64,000 nt of DNA. Origin: the human T2T-CHM13v2.0 reference genome, Homo sapiens. Made by a program: the position numbers and the translations under genes. The stretch lies in NCBI RefSeq assembly GCF_009914755.1, contig NC_060933.1; one strand, written 5' to 3'. The notes under the pieces are model-generated. The model was given only the letters and a program-made list of their open reading frames with translations. It was not told the origin of the DNA and searched no databases. This document shows, piece by piece, positions 56,536-64,000 of the stretch. Position 1 is the first letter of the stretch. Each line of letters starts with the position of its first letter.

Positions 56536-57287
56536 TCCCAAAACAGAAGGACTTGAGTTTCCAGTTTGAAAAAACTCACTGAATCCCCTGCAAAATGAAA
56601 GGAAAAAGACCTTCAGTAAAACACAAATCCTGAAACGTCAAAACACTCAGATCAAGCCTCACAGTGAGAAAAATGGGACCCAAGCTAAGGACTAATTGTC
56701 TTCCCAACAGCAACACGGGAAGCTAGAATGCAGTGAGAATATGACTTGCCAATTCCGGGGAAACAGCATTCCACTTAGACCCTAGACCCTGAAAGGCGAG
56801 TGCTCCAGGGGGATGGAAAAATGACATTTTCAGTCATGTGAGTTCCCGAGGAGCGCACTTTGTAGATACCTTTTCTGAGGAAGCTGCTATTGGACGCCCT
56901 CCAGCAAAATAAAAAAATAAATTAAGGAAGCAAAGGACCCAAGATCAGGGTCAAAGGCACGCTCCTGATCACCTGGCACCTTGAGGTTACAGGGGGCAGC
57001 AACCTGAAGAACAAGATTCCTAGGAAGGTCTATTTCCTAGGAACAGATGCCACTGATGGAATACGTGATGTTTTTTGAATGTATTGAGAAGAGATTTACA
57101 TTTCTGATGAAGAATTTTTGGAATGAATTCTCAACAGGTAAAGAAAAATGGATAACCTGTGGTACCTTACAATAGAACAGATATCTATTTCTGCAATGAA
57201 ATAAATTGCTAATTTCAAGAAAAATGAGTGGCTGATTTTTGTTGTTAATGACATGAATGTTGGATGCAAACGTTACTTGAAAGTCAT

Positions 57288-58022
<735 letters not shown>

Positions 58023-58312
58023 TAAAAGTTGAAAGCATTGAATACATATTTTATCCTGATAATGTTCACAGTTCAAATAAAAAAAAGTGTAATCATCAAT
58101 GAGAAAACATAAAACAACATTATGAGCCAGATATAATAAAGCATTTGACATATACTCTTGGGGGAAAACTTACAGAAAATTATTGGTAATACAAATTTAA
58201 AAAATGGAAAATAGCATTGGAAACTGCAACACGTTTTGGGGAAAATTTCTGAATTAAGACAGTACAATTTTAGTTATCACCAACGAAATACAGTTTCATA
58301 GCAGAGGTATAT

Positions 58313-58686
58313 TGTATTAGCCTGCTCACACTTATAACAAAATACCACACACCATAACAAAATACTGTAGATGGAGTGCCTTAGACAACAGAAATGTATT
58401 TTCTCACTTCTGGAAACTGTAAGTCCAAGATCAAGGTGCTGGCAAGGTTGGTTCCTGGTGAGAGCCCACTTCCTGGGTTGCAGCGGCTGCCTTCTCAATG
58501 TGCCCAGGGGTGGGGGGAAGTCTCTTCATCTTCTTATGAGGGCAGTGATCCTGTCATGAGGACCCTACCATTGTGACCTCATCCAACCTTCATCTCTCCC
58601 AAAGGCTCCACTTTCCAAATACCATCCCACTAGGGGTGAAGCTTCGACATTAGAATGAAGAGGAAGGCATAATTTAGTCGGTAGCA
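58313..58686 (-). mobile_element. MaLR solo LTR (MLT1A0-like)
   Basis: tgtattag...gtagca; exact TSD TATAT. Confidence 0.9.
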
Positions 58687-58948
58687 TATATTACTATCTA
58701 GTCTTTCAAGAGGAGATAATTCTATGGCCGGGGGTTGGGCACTGCCTCTTTGGAAAGCTCAATGTATACATGCCCTGTGACCTAGCAAGTCTGTGCTCAG
58801 ATATGTGCACCTGTGCACCAGGAGAGACAAAAAGAATGGTTACATTTGCACTGTTTGTATTGTAAAAAAGTGGATGATGTAAATATCCATTCACAGAAGA
58901 ATGAACAATTTAGGGTATGTGTCTACAACAGAACCCTTTAGGCGGTTA

Positions 58949-59401
<453 letters not shown>

Positions 59402-59704
59402 TTAGATTAACTTCAATTGTATGAACAAGTTCTAAAAAGATACTGTACTAATTTTTGACTGGAGTTTCATAAAACATCTAAGATAAATGCAGTTTTTCTA
59501 TTAAGAAATAATATATATCTTACCAAAGAAAACTTTTTTGTACCTCAATCAGTAAATTTTGATGGTTTTCTTCCTTAGTTTGTCTATATTGCTTTAAAGA
59601 TCATAGGCATTTAATGTATTTTTATTTCTGCTATTATTAATGGAATATCTCCCCCATTATAGCTTATATTCTGTGATTGCTGTGTTATAGAAAAGTTATT
59701 AATG

Positions 59705-60010
<306 letters not shown>

Positions 60011-60449
60011 CTATTAATTTTGTAACGTTTAATCTTATACATAATCACTTGATGCATATATGAATTTTAAGATGATTAGCTGTGTTTTGAGTGTTATTCC
60101 ACTATCCTCCAGTTGTGATAGTTTTATTTCCTTCTTTTAATAATTACACATCTTATTTCTGTTTTATTTATTTTTAAATATTTTGCATTGACTGAACATT
60201 CTGGACAAATGGTAAATAATAATTTTCACAACAGGTAATTTTTTTTCCCTAATAGAAATGGGAATGTCTTTAAAGTAGATTTTTGTTGTTGCTCAAATGT
60301 AGGTAATAATTTCCCCTTCTTAGGGCTTTCAACTTTTCCTATTGCTAATAGATATTAAATGTTATAAAATTACTTTTGGGAAATAATTTTTTACTGGACT
60401 TTTTTTATCTTAAACTGGTAAGCCAGAATGATATTGTAATTGTGGAATT

Positions 60450-60468
60450 AGACCACTAGATGGCGGTG
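60450..60468 (+). promoter_or_regulatory. CTCF-binding motif
   Basis: AGACCACTAGATGGCGGTG is a full match to CCASYAGRKGGCR, a GC/CpG-bearing island in AT-rich DNA. Confidence 0.7.
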
Positions 60469-60531
60469 TGCACCTATTTTTTTGCTTTGGGACCCTTAAA
60501 TTGCTTATTGTTAAAATTTAAACCTTTTAAA

Positions 60532-60748
60532 TAGGGGTGTCCAATCTTTTGGCTTCCCTGGGCCACATTGGTAGAAGAATTGCCTTGGGCCACACATAAA
60601 ATCCATTAACACTAATGATAGTTGAAGAGCAAGGAAAAAAAAAAAACACCTCATGATGTTTTAAGAAAGTTTACAAATTTGTGTTGGTTTACATTCAAAA
60701 CCGCCTTGGGCCTCAGGCGGTCTGCCAGCTGAGGGTTGGACAAGCTTG
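60532..60748 (+). mobile_element. MER30 (hAT-Charlie MITE)
   Basis: aggggtgtccaatcttttggcttccctgggccac...ggttggacaagcttg; ttttaaa TSD. Confidence 0.92.
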
Positions 60749-60857
60749 TTTTAAATTAACATAATCCACAAGCTATCATCTTCCTTTCGACTTTCAATTT
60801 AGTGATCTTAAATTAGGAATATGCTTAAAAATACTTCTTGTCTCTCCTGTATTGAGT

Positions 60858-62870
60858 CAGTTTTATTGGGGTATAATTTATACCACAATAACATTCAACA
60901 ATTTTAAGGATACAATACAGAGAGTTGTAACAAACACATTCAGTCTTGTTTCCACCACCACACTTGTAATAGAGAACATTGGCATCACTCCAGTCACTTC
61001 CCTCGTACCTTCCCTGCCTGCCAGCCCCTGGAAACCACTGATGGGTTTTTGCCACTTGACCTTTTCTAGAATTTCGTATTAGTGGACTCATACAGTATAT
61101 AGCCTCGTGTAGGTGGCTTCTTTTCCACAGCCCCTTGCTTTTAGGATTCATCCATGTTGTTAAGTGATTCAGTAATTTCTTCCTTTTTATTGTGGACTAG
61201 TGTTCCATTGAATGGCTTTACAACAGTTTGTTTACTCATCCAACCACAGTGAACATTTGGGGTGCTTCTAGCTTTGGGATATTATGAACAAAACTGTTAC
61301 AAACATTTACACAGAAGTCTTTCTGTTGACGTATATTTTCATCTCTTGGTAAATACCAAGCAGTGGCATTGCTGTGTCATGTGATGAATATATGTTTTAA
61401 CTTTCTAAGAAACTGTTTTCCAAAAGGTTTTCTGAGGTGGCCACAGCATTTTATGCTCTCCCCTGCCATGTGTGAGAGTTCCAGTCTCTGCACGTCTTCA
61501 CCAGCACTTGTCATTACCAGTCTTTTTAATTTTGGTGAGTGTGTAGTTACACTTTATTGTGTTTTGACTGCATTTCCCTAATGTCTAATGATGATAATAA
61601 ACATCTGTTCATGTGCTTATCTGCCATCCGATATCTTCTTGGTGAACTGTCTGCTCAGATCTTTTGATTATTTTTTTAAATTACCTTGTTTATCTTCTCA
61701 TTTTGCATTGTAACAGCTCTTATATATTCTAGATAAAAGTCTTTTCTATTATTTGCAAATATTTTCTCACAGTCTATAGCTTGCCTTTTCATTTAACAGT
61801 GTCTTTTGAAGAGCATATATTCTTAATTTTGATAAAGTTCAATTTATTAAATTTTTAATATATAGTTCTAGTTTTTTGGGTCCAGTTTAAGAAATCTTTG
61901 CCTAACCCAAGGTGACCAAGATTTTCTCTTATGTTTTCTTCTAGAAGTTTCATAGTTTAGCTTTCACATTAAGATCTATGACCCATTTCAAATTAGTCTT
62001 CTTCTACAGTGTGATGTAGGGGTTGCATTTCATTGTTTTGTTTTTGCATGGGACAAATTTGCATCCAGTTGTTTCAGTACCAGTTGTTGAAAAAATTATC
62101 ATTTCTTCATTGAATTGCCTTGGCAACTTTGTCAAAATTTAATTGATTCTACATGAGTGGATCTATTTCTGAACTCACTATTCCGTTCCATTGACCTACA
62201 TGTTTTTTTTCAGTTAGACTAATGCCACAATGTCTTGATAACTGTTGATTTATAATAAATCTTGAAATGAGCAGTTAGTCTAAAAAACCTCATTCTCCTT
62301 TTTCAAAATTGTGTTGGCCACAAGCAAACAAAATTGTTTTAGATCCTTTGCATTCCATGTAAATATTATAATTAGCTTCTCAATTTCTGCAAAAAAGAAG
62401 AAACCTCCTGAGATTTTACTTGAGATTTCACCAAATCTCTAAATCAGTTTGGGGAGAATTGACATCATAGCAATATTGACTCATGAACATGGTATACCTC
62501 TCCATTTATTTAGACCTTCTTTAATTTTCCTCAGGATTGTTTTGTAGTTTGTGCATCTTTTGTTTAATTTATTCCTAAGTATTTCATATTCTTTGATGTC
62601 ACTGTAAATGTTACAATGTCATGTAAATGTTGCTAATTTCCAATATTTTATTGTGTTTTGAACATTTCCACCTTTCAGTGTACTTCTAGTATATAGAAAT
62701 CCAACAAATTTTTAAAAATTGAACTTGTATCCTACAATCTTGCCAAATTCACTTGTTAGTTCTAGTGGCTTTTTGTACATTCCTTAGATTTTTCCATGTA
62801 GATTATTATATCTGTGAATAAATCCAGTTTTATTTCTTCCTTTCCAATCATATGATTTTATTTTTCTCAC
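60858..62870 (-). mobile_element. L1ME/MD 3' end plus ORF2 remnant (about 2 kb)
   Basis: cccctggaaaccactgat, gattcatccatgttg, tttaagaaatctttgcctaacccaagg, ggggagaattgacatc. Confidence 0.9.
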
Positions 62871-62879
62871 AAGGACCTC

Positions 62880-63149
62880 TGTGGTTGGCAGAATAATGCC
62901 CCAGTGATGTCTACATCTGAATCCCCAGATCCTGAGAACATGTTACATGACAGGGCAAAGGGGAATTAAGGTTTCAGATAGACTTGTAGTTGTTAATTAA
63001 CTGATTTTAAGAGATTATTCTGGAATATCCATGTGGGACCCAATGTAACCATGAAGATCCTTGTAAGTGGGAGGGGTTGGCAGAGAGGACATCAGCCTGA
63101 TGGATGTGAGAAGGACTCGATCTGCTGTTGCTGGCTTTGAAGGTGGAGG
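62880..63149 (+). mobile_element. MLT1D-like LTR, 5' half
   Basis: tgtggttggcagaataatg, gagattattctgga, gttgctggctttgaag. Confidence 0.85.
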
Positions 63150-63150
63150 G

Positions 63151-63292
63151 TTAGTCCATTCTCATTCTGCTAATAAGGACATACCCAAGACTGGGTAATT
63201 TATAAAGGAAAGAGATTGAATTGACTCACAGTTCAGCATGGCTGGGGAAGCCTCAGGAAACTTATAATCATGGCGGAAGGGGAAGCAAACAC
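63151..63292 (-). mobile_element. THE1 LTR fragment
   Basis: ttagtccattctca..acatacccaagactgggtaatttataaag..gcctcaggaaactt. Confidence 0.9.
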
Positions 63293-63357
63293 ACACAAAC
63301 CATGGGGAACTATGAATTACTATTGAGGAACAGCACATTCAACATGTCATAGCAATC

Positions 63358-63474
63358 AAATACAAAATTAGCCCGGCATGTTGGTGCATGCCTATAATCC
63401 TAGCTACTCGGGAAGCTGAGGCAGGAGAATCGCTTGAACCTGGGAGGCGGAGGTTGCAGTGAGCCAAGATCACC
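63358..63474 (+). mobile_element. Internal AluS fragment (linker plus partial right arm)
   Basis: aaatacaaaattagcc...gagccaagatcac, no head and no tail. Confidence 0.88.
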
Positions 63475-63689
63475 CTGTTGTCTGCTGTGCCATGGACGCC
63501 TTGGCTCAGAATGCAAGTGCCTGGGAGGGGAGATGTTCTAAACTGCTGTTCTGCATTCACAATGAGCAATATTTTGGAAAGAAGGATATTCCTGGGTTAG
63601 GATGAACCCAGGCACTGCCTTCAAAACAAATTTTTAAATTTAAACGTTTCACTCTTCCACCTCATTCTGCCAGGGCTGTTGATGGCAGC

Positions 63690-63890
63690 TGTGTGTGTGC
63701 ATGTATGTGAGCAGATATGTGTGGATATGTGTGTGTGCATGGGCACATGTGGACATGTGTGCATGGACATATGTATGCGTGGATGTGTGTAGGTATAAAT
63801 GTGCATTGGCAGGTGTGTGTGTGTGACAGTGTGTGTATGTGTATGGGAGGACCTGGGCATAGAGGTGACTGTGTCTATGTGTGTGAGTTT
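63690..63890. repeat. Degenerate (TG)n-rich tract
   Basis: Directly visible. Confidence 0.85.
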
Positions 63891-64000
63891 GTCTTTGTAG
63901 GCGTTTCCAATCTCTTGGCCCCTGACCTGCTAGCAACTTCCCTCTTGTGTTCCGGTTCACCCTTATCCAGCTTCCACCTGATCAACTGCCATGTACAGAT

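Overview
This is primate (most likely human) nuclear non-coding DNA, not prokaryotic sequence. It carries about 25 Alu elements (J, S and Y ages), many old L1, L2 and MIR fragments, roughly 20 solo LTRs (MaLR, ERVL, ERV1, ERVK), DNA-transposon fossils and simple repeats. I see no credible protein-coding gene, structural RNA gene, CRISPR array or CpG island. The ORF track is explained by Alu, LTR and microsatellite sequence plus chance ORFs. I could not identify the locus. Repeat family calls come from recognising consensus sequences by eye; subfamily names and boundaries are approximate unless a target-site duplication (TSD) is cited, and identities were counted manually. The most notable structure not explained by ordinary repeats is: (1) three short-range, locus-specific duplications (a direct pair with a homogenised core, a microhomology-flanked templated insertion, and an inverted pair); (2) a dense PBX/HOX/MEIS/FOX motif cluster at 17.8-19.8 kb split by a GT-rich minisatellite; (3) two look-alike 22 and 23 nt microexon-like cassettes; (4) a decayed Charlie/Buster-type hAT transposase; (5) an LTR3 inserted into an AluSx; and (6) strong single CTCF, ARE and DUX4 motifs. 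I cannot support a wholly new biological system from the sequence alone; these are testable leads.
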